A stretch of 64,000 bases of DNA, from contig CBDDIB010000001.1 of NCBI GenBank assembly GCA_965228695.1, positions 373,893 to 437,892 of the forward strand, read 5' to 3'. The first letter of the stretch is position 1, and each line of letters begins with the position of its first letter. The position numbers and the translations under genes are program-made. This stretch comes from Alphaproteobacteria bacterium (GTDB taxonomy: Bacteria > Pseudomonadota > Alphaproteobacteria > UBA8366). The notes beneath the pieces are model-generated. The model did no database searches. It worked only from the letters and a program-made list of their open reading frames with translations, and had not been told where the DNA came from. This document shows positions 1 to 10,488 of the stretch, piece after piece.

Positions 1-218
1 CCTGTGTCCAGGGCGATACTTTTCGAACGCCCTTTCGTCGGCAGAGCGCCGCTCCGGTCGAGCCAGCCGGACGGGCGGTTAGCCATCGTCTTGGAGTGAG
101 AAACTCGCATCGACGCCGCGTATTCTGAAATGCCGCCGCCCGAGGCATTCCACCGCGGACAACGTGTTAGGACGGCGGACGTGTCGAACAAGAACTAATC
201 CTTAAGACGCCAAATACC

Positions 219-249
219 TTGACATTCCAGTAAATGGAAACCTTATGTT
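219..249 (+). promoter_or_regulatory. MerR/CueR-type promoter (TTGACA-N19-TATGTT with TTCC-N7-GGAA dyad)
   Basis: TTGACA 219-224, TTCC-AGTAAAT-GGAA 225-239, TATGTT 244-249; 19-bp spacer and dyad match CueR operators. Confidence 0.8.
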
Positions 250-258
250 TGCTCGATT

Positions 259-612
259 GTGATAAGATTGTACGCGATACGCGCATTACTAGTTTTAATA
301 GTATTAATCTTCTCGACCGCGGTACCTTCGACGCCGGCGCTTGCTCACATCGTGCCAAACGGCTTTTCACCAATGATCATTGCGAAGAGCCATATCGTCG
401 AATATGACACGCTGGCCGAAGGAGACTCGGACTGCTGCCACACAAATGGATTTGGCGCCATTTGCCAAGCGGCACCCGTTCCCCGGTCGACTGCTCTTTC
501 ATTTATTTGCCGGCTGGTCGAACTTGAGAGAATCCGGCCACATTCTACAATTTCCCTCTCGAGCCTCCGTATTACCCCGCCCACTCCACCCCCAATCTTT
601 GGGACCACGTGA
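259..612 (+). CDS. CutF/CopL/DUF2946-like Cu-responsive leader protein
   Basis: Signal peptide (..PALA), DCCH..C motif, C-terminal PPTPPP; directly downstream of CueR-type promoter and upstream of cytochrome genes. Confidence 0.6.
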   Translation: MIRLYAIRALLVLIVLIFSTAVPSTPALAHIVPNGFSPMIIAKSHIVEYDTLAEGDSDCCHTNGFGAICQAAPVPRSTALSFICRLVELERIRPHSTISLSSLRITPPTPPPIFGTT

Positions 613-658
613 CTGTAGCGAGTTGAAACGTTCAGTACTTTGGATTGAGGACTAACTT

Positions 659-1273
659 ATGAAACGGAAAGTTACACTTGCCGTGATTGTAGTTGCGCTT
701 GTTTCCGCCGCAACTGCCGGCGCAATTGCCCACAGCGGCGCAACCGGTGTCGTAAAAAAGCGAATGGATGCGATGGATGCCGTCGGAGATGCGATGAAAT
801 CGCTCACGGCAATGATGCGAGGAAAGGAAACTTATGACCCGGAGCGGGTGCGATTGGAAGCACGCAAAATCAACGCCCACAGCGGCGATTCATTAACAAA
901 ACTTTTCCCGGAAGGCAGCCTGCAGCCTCCGACCGAAGCGTTGCCTGCGATTTGGACGGATTGGGAGAGGTTTTCCGAACTAGCTAAACAACTATCAACC
1001 TACGCAACGGCGCTTCAGGCGGCGGCCGATAATCAACGCCCAAGGCGCGGTCCGGCGGGTACAAAACCAAGTGGCTCCGGAATGATGCAGGGTGGCCCCG
1101 GAATGATGCAGGGCGGCCCCGGAATGATGCAGGGCGGCTCCGGAATGATGCAGGGCGGCACCAAAGTTGAACCGAGTGCGGAAATGCTCGCTCAGATGCC
1201 ACCCGACGCTTCATTTTTCCAACTCACGCAAACGTGCGCAGCCTGCCATCAAGACTTCCGCAAGAAAAAATGA
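659..1273 (+). CDS. cytochrome c' (class II) with Met/Gly-rich insertion
   Basis: Signal peptide, ALPAIW.DWE.F motif, C-terminal CAACH heme motif; GAGG RBS at 647-650. Confidence 0.85.
   Translation: MKRKVTLAVIVVALVSAATAGAIAHSGATGVVKKRMDAMDAVGDAMKSLTAMMRGKETYDPERVRLEARKINAHSGDSLTKLFPEGSLQPPTEALPAIWTDWERFSELAKQLSTYATALQAAADNQRPRRGPAGTKPSGSGMMQGGPGMMQGGPGMMQGGSGMMQGGTKVEPSAEMLAQMPPDASFFQLTQTCAACHQDFRKKK
1073..1156 (+). repeat. 4 x 21-bp in-frame tandem repeat encoding G(S/P)GMMQG
   Basis: ggc(t/c)ccggaatgatgcaggg(t/c) units at 1073, 1094, 1115, 1136. Confidence 0.95.
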
Positions 1274-2172
1274 GAGGCAAACTCGGCTGGATTGCCGCCA
1301 CCGTCTTCATGGTGGCGGCGACCGTCGCGCTCGCCGCTTGGCTGTTCGACGGACCCTCGGTACCCAACCGCGACCTGAGAGGACTCACGGGCGATATCGG
1401 TAGAGGTGCCTATGTCGCTCGCCTTGCCGGCTGCATCGGCTGTCATACTGACACGAAAGCCCGTGGCAGCGTCCTGGCAGGTGGCGCTGGAATCGAGACA
1501 GACTTCGGGACTTTCTACGCACCCAACATTACGCCCCACGACGAAGACGGAATCGGAAAATGGTCGGTAGCCGACTTTGCGAGGGCACTCACGGCAGGAG
1601 AAACACCGAACGGGGAACATTACTACCCATCTTTCCCGTACGCCTTCTACACACGACTGTCTAATCAGGACATCGTTGACCTTTGGGCGGCGGTCCGATC
1701 CGTTCCGCCTGTCGCGGGGAGAGTAAAGCCGCACGATCTCAAATTTCCCTTCAACAATACCGAGGGGATCGGCGTGTGGAAGCGATTGTTTTTTGAGAGT
1801 GGTGAGCTGGAACCATCTGCCACAGAGTCCGACGCGTTGAAACGCGGTCGCTATCTTGCTCTCGGGCCCGCCCATTGCGGTGCATGCCACACGCCACGCA
1901 ATCTGCTCGGCGGGCGCGACACCGACCGGAGATTTGAGGGCGGTGTTGGGCCGGGAGGCGAAAAAATCCCGCCCATAACGTCCGAAATTTTGTCGACCCG
2001 CGGCTGGACTTCTGACGACCTAATCTATGCATTGCGAACCGGCATAAAACCCGATGGCGACGTCATGGGCGGCACTATGGCAGAGGTCGTTCGTGACGGG
2101 ACGCGGTATTGGACCGACGCAGATCTAGCCGCAATTGCCAAATACCTCATGAAGATGGAAGTGGGCAGATGA
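1270..2172 (+). CDS. membrane-anchored diheme cytochrome c (gluconate/alcohol dehydrogenase cytochrome-like)
   Basis: CIGCH and CGACH motifs, FYAPNITP and YYPSFPY motifs; ATG 1270 overlaps upstream stop (ATGA). Confidence 0.85.
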   Translation: MRGKLGWIAATVFMVAATVALAAWLFDGPSVPNRDLRGLTGDIGRGAYVARLAGCIGCHTDTKARGSVLAGGAGIETDFGTFYAPNITPHDEDGIGKWSVADFARALTAGETPNGEHYYPSFPYAFYTRLSNQDIVDLWAAVRSVPPVAGRVKPHDLKFPFNNTEGIGVWKRLFFESGELEPSATESDALKRGRYLALGPAHCGACHTPRNLLGGRDTDRRFEGGVGPGGEKIPPITSEILSTRGWTSDDLIYALRTGIKPDGDVMGGTMAEVVRDGTRYWTDADLAAIAKYLMKMEVGR

Positions 2173-2424
2173 CTCGTAACCGCCCAAAATGACTTGAATA
2201 CCGGTTTCTTAACCCTCTGGCTGGATCCAACGCATCGAAGTGAATCGCATGCGTGTTGTTAGGCTCCTATTCCTCTTGCGAAGGTGCGGCACGTATTTTC
2301 GCGAAAGAGAAATTAGCGACAGCAGGCATTGCGGCGGCACCGTTTGCGACCCTACGGGATGTCGACGGCTTCTGCGAAGCCTTCCGCCCCCTAGCCTCGA
2401 AACATTGATTTTGGAGTGAACACA

Positions 2425-2691
2425 ATGGCAATCGCCAAACGGGAACAGACACAGGAACGCTCTCTCGCGGAGGATTGGCTGTATGCGGTCCGTTACTATC
2501 TAGGCGGGCGTCGCGCCATGTTCGTATTGGCATTGGCGGCCATTGGCGCCGGTCTCGCGTACAATTGGAGCGGTCTGGTCGCGGTCGGCATCGCGCCTTT
2601 GTTGTTAAGCGTGCTGCCTTGCCTTGTTTTGTGCGCACTTGGACTTTGCATGCACAAGAAAAGTGGCTCCCCAAAATCCAACGATGGCTAG
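2425..2691 (+). CDS. small Cys-containing membrane protein typical of Cu clusters
   Basis: Two hydrophobic segments, LPCLVLCALGLCMH motif; GGAG RBS upstream. Confidence 0.65.
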   Translation: MAIAKREQTQERSLAEDWLYAVRYYLGGRRAMFVLALAAIGAGLAYNWSGLVAVGIAPLLLSVLPCLVLCALGLCMHKKSGSPKSNDG

Positions 2692-3005
2692 GTCGGATTG
2701 CGGCACTTGTATAGTTCGAAATGTTTTGACGACGCCATGACGAAATTCGATGTGTAACTGCAAGCCAAGTGCGCAGCGTCGCGTGCGCCCAATCATGAAT
2801 TCGATTTACAAAAACCGCAGCCGGCGGAAGCAGATTGCAATCGAGACACGTCAAATTAATGACTTGGACCAACATGCCACCGTGCGATCAGGATTTTCAC
2901 GCGGACCCATCCGCCAAACCGCCAACATTGCCGCCGAACAGCAACCGACAGTCTGCCGGGCTGATGCCGCACAATCTGGACACGTATCGGCGTTGGACGG
3001 CCGTA

Positions 3006-3036
3006 TTGACATTCCAGAAGGTGGAAGTTGTATGAA
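3006..3036 (+). promoter_or_regulatory. MerR/CueR-type promoter (TTGACA-N19-TATGAA)
   Basis: TTGACA 3006-3011, TTCC-AGAAGGT-GGAA 3012-3026, TATGAA 3031-3036. Confidence 0.7.
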
Positions 3037-3319
3037 AAAAGCTCGGCGTGAAAACACGGTTAGCGGATGAAATAGCCCCGCCGAGTTGCCGACGGCTCGG
3101 CTCCTATTCTCCGTCCTCTTCTATGCTCCCTCCAAACAACTTTTAATCACCGACCAATTTCAACTGGCCACAAGAGGCAGAGATCGATTGTCCAATTCAA
3201 GAAACACGAGCCGACGATCAAACCCCGCCTCGGTCCTAATCAGACGCATATCCGTTCGACGACGTCCCCCTTCGCGATACGGATCAACTAGAAGTGCGAT
3301 GACTCTACTTCTCTGCGAC

Positions 3320-4366
3320 ATGACCAGAAAAGTGCTCGCCGGATTGTCGCTCATAATTCTTGTGGGAACGGCAAACGCTGAAGACGTTGTGTATGTCTCG
3401 CTTGGGACAACCGGAAAAGTTCAAATCATCGACCCCGCTCAAGACCGTGTCGTCGGTGTCCTTGAACCAGTTCCCGATGTCCACGGACTTGCCGTAACGC
3501 CGAACGGAAAATTCATTGTGGCCGGCAGCCTAAGCGAACAAAACTGGCTTCCATCCGAAAACTCGGACGTGCGCCCGGGTCAAAGATCCGTTCAATATGC
3601 CGCCACGATCCGCCAACCAATGGAACTGAGGCAAAAAGTCAGTTTTTTAACGATTGCTCGAACTGAGGACGGCGCAATCATACGGCGCATACGAGTACCG
3701 GGCGCCGTTCGCCATGTCGCGATAACGCCAAACGGTCGGTTTGCGATCGCAACACATCCCTATTCGAATTCCATATCCATTGTCGACCTTCAGAAGCTGA
3801 AACGACTAAACACGATACGGACCGGGACCCATCCGAATTATGTCGCCATAGGGCCCAAGGGCAAATGGGCATACGTCAGCAATACTGAAAGTAATAGTAT
3901 CAGCGAAATCGACCTGGAAGGCTGGCAGATACGACGCGAATTCTTAACCCAAGACGGCCCCGAGCATATCGTGTTGTCGGCCGACGGGAATACGCTTTAC
4001 GTCTCCCACAGCAGAGCGGGCACCGTATCGGAAGTTGCGGTGCGGTCGGGTCTGGTTGCCGCCACTCATGAAATCGGCCAAGCCTTGCATGGAATCGACC
4101 TGTCCTACGACGAGAAGACACTGTTTATCGCCGCAGAGCGGCAGAAAAAAATTCTTTCCATTGATCTCAAAACCGGCCGGGTTCGAAGTAACAGTTTGCC
4201 GTCGACGCCTTACCACGTCTCCACAATTAAGCGCGCCGGAAAGGTGTATATTTCTAGCGCAACCGATCCTGTGGTCTGGGTGTTGCGCCAAGATAGTCTC
4301 GAGTTGCTGCGTACAATACGTATCGGCGGTATCGGGCACCAAATGATCTTTGTTCCACCGACCTAA
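3320..4366 (+). CDS. YncE/YVTN-family periplasmic beta-propeller
   Basis: Signal peptide from M3320 (alternative start 3299), repeated V.VID / P..VA.SPDG blades. Confidence 0.8.
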   Translation: MTRKVLAGLSLIILVGTANAEDVVYVSLGTTGKVQIIDPAQDRVVGVLEPVPDVHGLAVTPNGKFIVAGSLSEQNWLPSENSDVRPGQRSVQYAATIRQPMELRQKVSFLTIARTEDGAIIRRIRVPGAVRHVAITPNGRFAIATHPYSNSISIVDLQKLKRLNTIRTGTHPNYVAIGPKGKWAYVSNTESNSISEIDLEGWQIRREFLTQDGPEHIVLSADGNTLYVSHSRAGTVSEVAVRSGLVAATHEIGQALHGIDLSYDEKTLFIAAERQKKILSIDLKTGRVRSNSLPSTPYHVSTIKRAGKVYISSATDPVVWVLRQDSLELLRTIRIGGIGHQMIFVPPT

Positions 4367-4435
4367 AAGGGTCCGGCGATACGCCGGCACAAACCCACGG
4401 GCGACAAACCCGGCCAAGCGAAAGGCGAAATTAAA

Positions 4436-5227
4436 TTGTTTACTCATATTCGTAACAAGGTGCTCAATCTGAGCGTTTCATTCCTTTTCGTGGCAGTCAG
4501 CCTAGCAATTTTCGATGTCGGCACAGCGTTAGCGGATTCGAACGGGACCGAATTCGACGATCGCGAAAAAAAGGCCATCGAATCAATTGTCACCGACTAC
4601 CTGTTGGAACACCCCGAGATCATCTTGCGCGCCCTACAGGTCCTTGAGGAGCGTGAGCAAGCGGCAAAAGCTGCACAAGAAAAGAGCGCCCTCGCCGCCA
4701 ATCGAGACGCCTTGGAGCGAGACCCTAATTCACCGGTAGCAGGAAATCCAAAGGGCGACGTCACAGTGGTCGAGTTTTTCGACTACCGCTGTCCATATTG
4801 CAAACGCGTAGGACCGGTGGTCGAACGGCTCCGGAAAGAAGATGCGAACATCAGGATTGTCTACAAGGAATGGCCGATACTCGGGCCAGCCTCGATGTTT
4901 GCCGCAAAAGCGGCGTTAGCGGCACGCGAACAGGAGAAATACGTCGAGTTTCACGAGAAGGTCATGGCGGCACGCACCGTCACCGAAACAAGCGTCCTTA
5001 GCGCGGCGAAGGAACTCGGTCTCGATCTCGACAAGCTGCGCGCCGACATGGAGACGCCGGAAGTCGAGAACCACATCAGACAGACTATGGAATTGGCGCG
5101 GGCCCTAGGGATCAATGGCACGCCAGCCTTTGTGATCGGCGACCGACTGATTCCGGGAGCCGCGGATTTCGCCGCGTTATCGAAAGCCGTCGCGGAAGCC
5201 CGAGCGGATCAACAATCATCGAAGTAG
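4436..5227 (+). CDS. DsbA family thiol-disulfide oxidoreductase (ScsC-like)
   Basis: EFFDYRCPYCK active site, GINGTPAF cis-Pro loop, N-terminal YLLEHPEII helix; start uncertain. Confidence 0.9.
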   Translation: MFTHIRNKVLNLSVSFLFVAVSLAIFDVGTALADSNGTEFDDREKKAIESIVTDYLLEHPEIILRALQVLEEREQAAKAAQEKSALAANRDALERDPNSPVAGNPKGDVTVVEFFDYRCPYCKRVGPVVERLRKEDANIRIVYKEWPILGPASMFAAKAALAAREQEKYVEFHEKVMAARTVTETSVLSAAKELGLDLDKLRADMETPEVENHIRQTMELARALGINGTPAFVIGDRLIPGAADFAALSKAVAEARADQQSSK

Positions 5228-5699
5228 GACTCGGCCCGATTGCGTCCGCCCGAGTCCCGCAAGCGTAGGCGGCCGAAGAAGGCTGGCGCTCGAAGCCGGA
5301 AAGTTCCAACGGCGGTATTCACTCGTCTGGGTATGCCCTGGGCGCGGGGCGCAAGCCTATTCGGAGGAAATGTGCATGGTGGCATGGCCAAAGCCGGCGC
5401 CGGCGGCGATAAAGGGCCGTTGCTACTCCATGGGATCCAGGAACCCGTTCGGCACGCCAGCCTGTCATTCCTGTCGGCGGGTCAACGCGGCGTCCCGGCA
5501 CACCATCGGCGATTTGGAAATATGCCGCCGGTCCGGGACACCGGAAAACGTGATACATGCCCGATCGCCGCTTACGTTCCAACATCGCGACGCGCGCCCG
5601 GGATAGACTGACAGACGTGGAAAACGTCGGGATCTGGATTTGAAAATGCGTCCTGGCAAAAAATCCAAACAAGGCGCTTCGACCGCGATTCCGACTGGG

Positions 5700-6191
5700 T
5701 TACCGTGCCCGCACGGCCATAAATTCGTCCGTCTTTCCATTCTTATCAAAGCTATAGACAGAATAGCGCTGGGGTTCAGGGCTTTCCATGCCAGGCGAAC
5801 CGGCTGGCATGCCGGGAACGGCAATACCGTGCGTGGTTGGGCGCTTCCGCAATAGACGCCGAACTGCCTCGACCGGAACATGCCCCTCGACAACATAGTC
5901 CCCTACCCTCGCCGTATGGCAAGCCTGGAGACCCTCCGGCACGCCGGCCATCTTCTTGACCACATCGAGGTTCTCCATATCACGAATGGAGACGACGAAA
6001 CCATGGCTCCGCATGTACTCGACCCATTTGCCGCAACATCCGCAGGAGGGCGATTTGAAGACCGTAACGGCCGTCCCGTTTTCGGCAACGGCGGCCGCGT
6101 TCGAAAGGCTCAAGACACCGGCAGTGAAAAACATCAGCGCAACCACCTTGCCAAGGGCGCTAATGAGTACGGTTGGACGGAATCGCTGCAT
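5700..6191 (-). CDS. DUF411 / CopG-like periplasmic metal-binding protein
   Basis: SPSCGCC.KW, CHTA, EGHVP, PGMPAGSPGM motifs; ATG 6191 with GGAG RBS. Confidence 0.9.
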   Translation of the reverse strand: MQRFRPTVLISALGKVVALMFFTAGVLSLSNAAAVAENGTAVTVFKSPSCGCCGKWVEYMRSHGFVVSIRDMENLDVVKKMAGVPEGLQACHTARVGDYVVEGHVPVEAVRRLLRKRPTTHGIAVPGMPAGSPGMESPEPQRYSVYSFDKNGKTDEFMAVRAR

Positions 6192-6399
6192 CGCTGTTCT
6201 CCATGTAATGATAGGTGCCTCCATTTTGCGCGTTTCTTTACCCTTCCATTCCACGTTCCGGCAACGGATCGGGTTGCGTCATATTCTTTGCTCAGTTGAT
6301 TTGGAAGTTGCGGCGCCACGTGTTGTTACTCACCTGACCTCGTCGCGTTGCACAGTTTCGTTGCAGATTCTTCGGCTCATATTTTCAACAGTCGAGGTG

Positions 6400-6876
6400 T
6401 CATCTCCGTGCACGCCGGTTGATATCATCATGCCGATTCTGGATAGATTTCGGCCACGTGCTTTTGATGAAGCCAAGGATCGCCAGAATTTCATTGTCCG
6501 TTAGATCATCTTTATAGCCGCGCATATCGGTTTCATAATTGCCGCCGACTACCGCCGCGGTCCCGTACTTCGTGATCATGAAAAGATGCCGATCATCATG
6601 ATGCCAAGTATGCCCCGTCGCGTCATGAGGCGGCGCTAGCAACCGGCCATTGGGCTGCCGTTTACGCCAATTAAATTGGCCTTCCAGATTAGCGCCGTGG
6701 CAAGACGCACAGTGTTGCGCATACAGAGTCTTGCCAAGCGCCACCACAGCCTCATCTTCGTAGTCGATCGCCACGGCAACCGGCCCGTTGTTCGACCAGT
6801 AGAACCAACCGGCCGCCAGGCCGAGCCCGACGAGACCGCTTATCGCAAACGCCAGCTGTTTCCCCGTTAACCGCAT
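6400..6876 (-). CDS. monoheme cytochrome c associated with Cu ATPase
   Basis: CASCHGANLEG, APPHD.TGHTWHH motifs; N-terminal TM anchor. Confidence 0.85.
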   Translation of the reverse strand: MRLTGKQLAFAISGLVGLGLAAGWFYWSNNGPVAVAIDYEDEAVVALGKTLYAQHCASCHGANLEGQFNWRKRQPNGRLLAPPHDATGHTWHHDDRHLFMITKYGTAAVVGGNYETDMRGYKDDLTDNEILAILGFIKSTWPKSIQNRHDDINRRARR

Positions 6877-6997
6877 GATCAGCGGGGCACCATAATCGAA
6901 TTGATAGGTTTGCCCGATATCGACGCGACACCAACGGATGCAAACATCACCGTGCGGGTGACCGTCAACCGGCGCCTGGACCGGAAACTTTCACCAT

Positions 6998-9472
6998 TCA
7001 AAGTCTCACTCTCCTCAGCCGCAATGAGTTGCCCACGACCGAGACCGAAGACAGGCTCATCGCTGCAGCGGCTATGATCGGCGACAAGAGAATTCCGAAG
7101 AAGGGATACAGCACGCCGGCCGCAACAGGCACACCGGCAGCGTTGTAGATAAATGCAAAAAACAAATTTTGCTTGATGTTGCGCATGGTCGCGTCCGCGA
7201 GCCGTCGTGCCCTCACAATAGCCGTCAGGTCGCCTTTCACTAAGGTGAAGCCGGCACTTTCAATCGCGACATCTGCGCCGGTTCCCATGGCGATCCCGAC
7301 ATCGGCTTGGGCCAGGGCAGGCGCGTCGTTCACCCCGTCACCGGCCATTGCTACCCGCGCACCCTCCTCCTGAAACTCTCGGACGATACGCGCCTTATCT
7401 TCGGGCAACACGTCGGCGCGAATTTCGTCGATGCCAAGTCGGGATGCAACCGCCCTGGCGGTTCGCTCATTGTCGCCGGTGACCATAACGATGCGCAATC
7501 CCTCTGCATGAAGCGATTTCAGTGCTTCCGGTGTCGTGTCCTTTATCGGGTCCGCAACGCTCACCAGTCCGGCAATTCGTCCTTCGACAACGACGAACAT
7601 AACGGTTTCGCCACGGTCGCGCCGTTGATCGGCAACGTCCGCCGCGGTTTTGCCGTCGAGCCCAAGGTCGGCAACCAATCTTGCATTGCCCAGCGCAACA
7701 CTCTTACCGGCGACTTTTCCCTTCACGCCCTTTCCTGTAATCGCTTCGAATTCTTGCGCCTTGGACAACGCGATGCCGCGCTCCTCCGCGCCGGCCACGA
7801 TCGCTTCGGCAAGTGGATGCTCGCTCCCGCGCTCCAGCGAGGCGGCGATACCTAAAAGTTCCGCCTCGTCTTCACCGTCCTCCGGTAGCAAGGCCATGAG
7901 CTTCGGTTTCCCGACTGTCAGAGTGCCGGTCTTATCAACTATCAGTGTATCGACTTTCGCGAAACGCTCGAGCGCCTCGGCATTCTTGATAAGCACGCCG
8001 GCCTGAGCACCGCGGCCAGTGGCGGTCATGATCGACATCGGCGTGGCCAGACCCAGCGCGCAGGGGCAAGCGATGATAAGGACGGTAACGGCCGCCACCA
8101 GCGCATAAGCCATCGCCGGCGCCGGGCCCCATACCGACCACGCGACAAACGCCAGCACGGCGACCAGAATGACCGCAGGCACGAAATAACTTGCGACTAG
8201 ATCCGCTAGCTTCTGTATCGGGGCACGGCTACGTTGCGCCTGTGCGACCATGTCAACGATCTGAGACAAGACGGTGTCCGCACCGACCCGCCGCGCCTCT
8301 ATCACCAGCGAGCCGCCGCCGTTGATCGTGGCACCGGTTACACTATCGCCTTGCGCCTTTTCGATGGGAACCGGCTCGCCGGTGAGCATGGACTCGTCAA
8401 TCGACGATCGACCCTCGATAACCTCGCCGTCTACCGGTACCTTGTCGCCGGGACGGATCCGGAGATGCTGCCCGACCCGTACATCCTCTAGAGGGACCTC
8501 TTCGTCCCTGCCGTCCGGACGAACGATATGTGCCGTCTTTGGCGCTAGATCCAACAGCGCTCGAATCGCGCCTCCCGTCCGCTCGCGAGCCCGCAATTCG
8601 AGCATCTGGCCTAGCAACACCAGCACGACGATGACCGCCGCGGCTTCGTAATAAACGCCGACATGCCCCTCCGCATCCTTAAAGCCATCGGGGAACACTT
8701 CCGGCGCCGCCGTCGCCACGACACTGAAGGCAAACGCGGCACCGACACCCATTGCGATGAGCGTGAACATATTCAGATTGCCGCTCACAACCGATTTCCA
8801 ACCGCGCACGAAAAACGGCCACCCGGACCACAAGATAACCGGCGTCGCGAGAATGAATTCCGCCCAAACAGCCACGCCTTCGCCGACCCATTGACGTATT
8901 GGAAACCCAACCAATGGCCCCATGGTCAGCAAGAGGATTGGAATCGTGAGTACGGCGCCAACCCAAAAGCGCCGGCTAAAATCTACGAGCTCCGGATTCG
9001 GGCCAACTTCGCCCGTCGGCACCCCCATCGGCTCCAGCGCCATTCCGCAAATCGGACAATCGCCGGGACCGTCCTGAATAATTTCGGGATGCATTGGGCA
9101 TGTGAATTGAGTGCCCGCGGGCATTGGCTCAGGGGGCGTTCGCCCTTCCAAATACGCTGCCGGTTCCGCCTCGAACTTTTCATGGCAGCGCTCCGAACAG
9201 AAATAGAAGCGCGAGCCTTGGTGCGTGGTGACATATCGCGCGGTGGCGCGCGCGACGTCCATACCGCACACAGGGTCGTTTGCCTCCAAAAATTCATCCG
9301 GCGCAGCGGCAAACTTCTCACGGCAACCCGCACTGCAGAAGTGATAGCTGTGGCCTTCATGATCATAGGTCGAACTGTCGGACTCCGGATCGACGATCAT
9401 CGCGCATACCGGATCTCGAATGACGTTGGTCTCGGAATGACCCAAATCTTGCTGCTGTGATTGGAAAGCCAT
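6998..9472 (-). CDS. copA: Cu(I)-translocating P1B-type ATPase with two N-terminal YHS domains
   Basis: DPVC..FCS..C twice, [31 protein letters not shown] and MSLSS Cu(I) signatures. Confidence 0.95.
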   Translation of the reverse strand: MAFQSQQQDLGHSETNVIRDPVCAMIVDPESDSSTYDHEGHSYHFCSAGCREKFAAAPDEFLEANDPVCGMDVARATARYVTTHQGSRFYFCSERCHEKFEAEPAAYLEGRTPPEPMPAGTQFTCPMHPEIIQDGPGDCPICGMALEPMGVPTGEVGPNPELVDFSRRFWVGAVLTIPILLLTMGPLVGFPIRQWVGEGVAVWAEFILATPVILWSGWPFFVRGWKSVVSGNLNMFTLIAMGVGAAFAFSVVATAAPEVFPDGFKDAEGHVGVYYEAAAVIVVLVLLGQMLELRARERTGGAIRALLDLAPKTAHIVRPDGRDEEVPLEDVRVGQHLRIRPGDKVPVDGEVIEGRSSIDESMLTGEPVPIEKAQGDSVTGATINGGGSLVIEARRVGADTVLSQIVDMVAQAQRSRAPIQKLADLVASYFVPAVILVAVLAFVAWSVWGPAPAMAYALVAAVTVLIIACPCALGLATPMSIMTATGRGAQAGVLIKNAEALERFAKVDTLIVDKTGTLTVGKPKLMALLPEDGEDEAELLGIAASLERGSEHPLAEAIVAGAEERGIALSKAQEFEAITGKGVKGKVAGKSVALGNARLVADLGLDGKTAADVADQRRDRGETVMFVVVEGRIAGLVSVADPIKDTTPEALKSLHAEGLRIVMVTGDNERTARAVASRLGIDEIRADVLPEDKARIVREFQEEGARVAMAGDGVNDAPALAQADVGIAMGTGADVAIESAGFTLVKGDLTAIVRARRLADATMRNIKQNLFFAFIYNAAGVPVAAGVLYPFFGILLSPIIAAAAMSLSSVSVVGNSLRLRRVRL

Positions 9473-9523
9473 GTCCGTGTCCCACCAAGAGTAATGCCGT
9501 TGGAATTATGCCTCTCAGCCACA

Positions 9524-9554
9524 GACGTAGCCGTTCCAGTGACGGGAAGGTCAA
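9524..9554 (-). promoter_or_regulatory. CueR-type promoter of the P-type ATPase (TTGACC-N19-TACGTC)
   Basis: Minus strand TTGACCTTCC-CGTCACT-GGAACGGCTACGTC; close match to the ACCTTCC-N7-GGAAGGT consensus. Confidence 0.85.
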
Positions 9555-9769
9555 GACCCGGGAAGCCTCAACCCAACGACATTTCACCACGCGGACAATC
9601 CGAGACGGGATGTCGCAGGTCCCGGCGCGAAGATTCGATCTTTGCCACCTGATCTATACGAATTAATTACCCAACAAGAAGTACATTCAGATCCGTCGGA
9701 TATGATAGATTCATCAAATATTTCCGCTCTAGCCACCCAGGTTTTCCGGTCCTTTCAAGGAGCACAAAA

Positions 9770-10138
9770 GTGTCCCGCGGCGGCAAAAATACCAACAGTC
9801 TCAGCTGCGTTTGCCGCGCACTCTTCTTGACGTTGCTCCTCGTTATGCTGCTGTCAATTCCGATCTACTATTTCGGCGATTCCAGCACGTTCGAGCATCC
9901 GTCGATCGCTTCGTTGGACCAGCATGACGATTCTGAACATCACGATCATAGCGGTCACGGACACCGGTCTTCAAATTGCGGCCCGGTATCATGCTCCCCA
10001 GCCTCGCCGAATTCAGTGGCTCCAATTGTAGCCCGCTTCGCCACATCCACCTGGGTTCCTATCGACGATACCAAGCATTCGTCGATTTATCTGGATCGCG
10101 ACCCGCCGATACCGCGCCTAAGCAACTCCAAAGTCTGA
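9770..10138 (+). CDS. CutF-like leader protein (His-rich, CxxxxC, Pro-rich tail)
   Basis: AGGAG RBS 9758-9762, hydrophobic segment, HDDSEHHDHSGHGH, CGPVSC, YLDRDPPIPR tail; paralogous to 21852-22229. Confidence 0.65.
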   Translation: MSRGGKNTNSLSCVCRALFLTLLLVMLLSIPIYYFGDSSTFEHPSIASLDQHDDSEHHDHSGHGHRSSNCGPVSCSPASPNSVAPIVARFATSTWVPIDDTKHSSIYLDRDPPIPRLSNSKV

Positions 10139-10488
10139 TTGAATTTTGGGTGGTGAAATTGCCCTTTTACCGGGGTGACGTCACCTGCGTCGGGAACCGC
10201 TGAGCCGGTAACCAGCGAAATTTCGCGGTGCATTTTCCAAAATTTCTGACGGCTGTTTGGCCCACGCAATATGTTGTGTCCGGTGGCGTGTTTCAGCCTT
10301 AGGGAACACCGCACATACGAACCTTCTTCGTGGTCCTTCGCGCGCTCGTCAACCCGACGAGTCTTTCGTGAGCATATCCGATAGTGCGCCTGATGTTCGG
10401 CCACGACGTTGGCCCTTCAACCGGTTTCACCGAGTTCGGTTGAACGTTCGGCGTCAGACGATCGGATTCCAACGTGAAATTCGACCCT

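Noticed and set aside
1073-1156. CRISPR-like repeat array
   Set aside because: Contiguous in-frame coding repeats without spacers; no CRISPR array or cas gene seen in the window
3086-3319. Long N-terminal extension of the YncE ORF or a fourth leader peptide
   Set aside because: Signal peptide starts at about 3320, and no Cys/Pro-tail leader ORF is evident after the 3006 promoter
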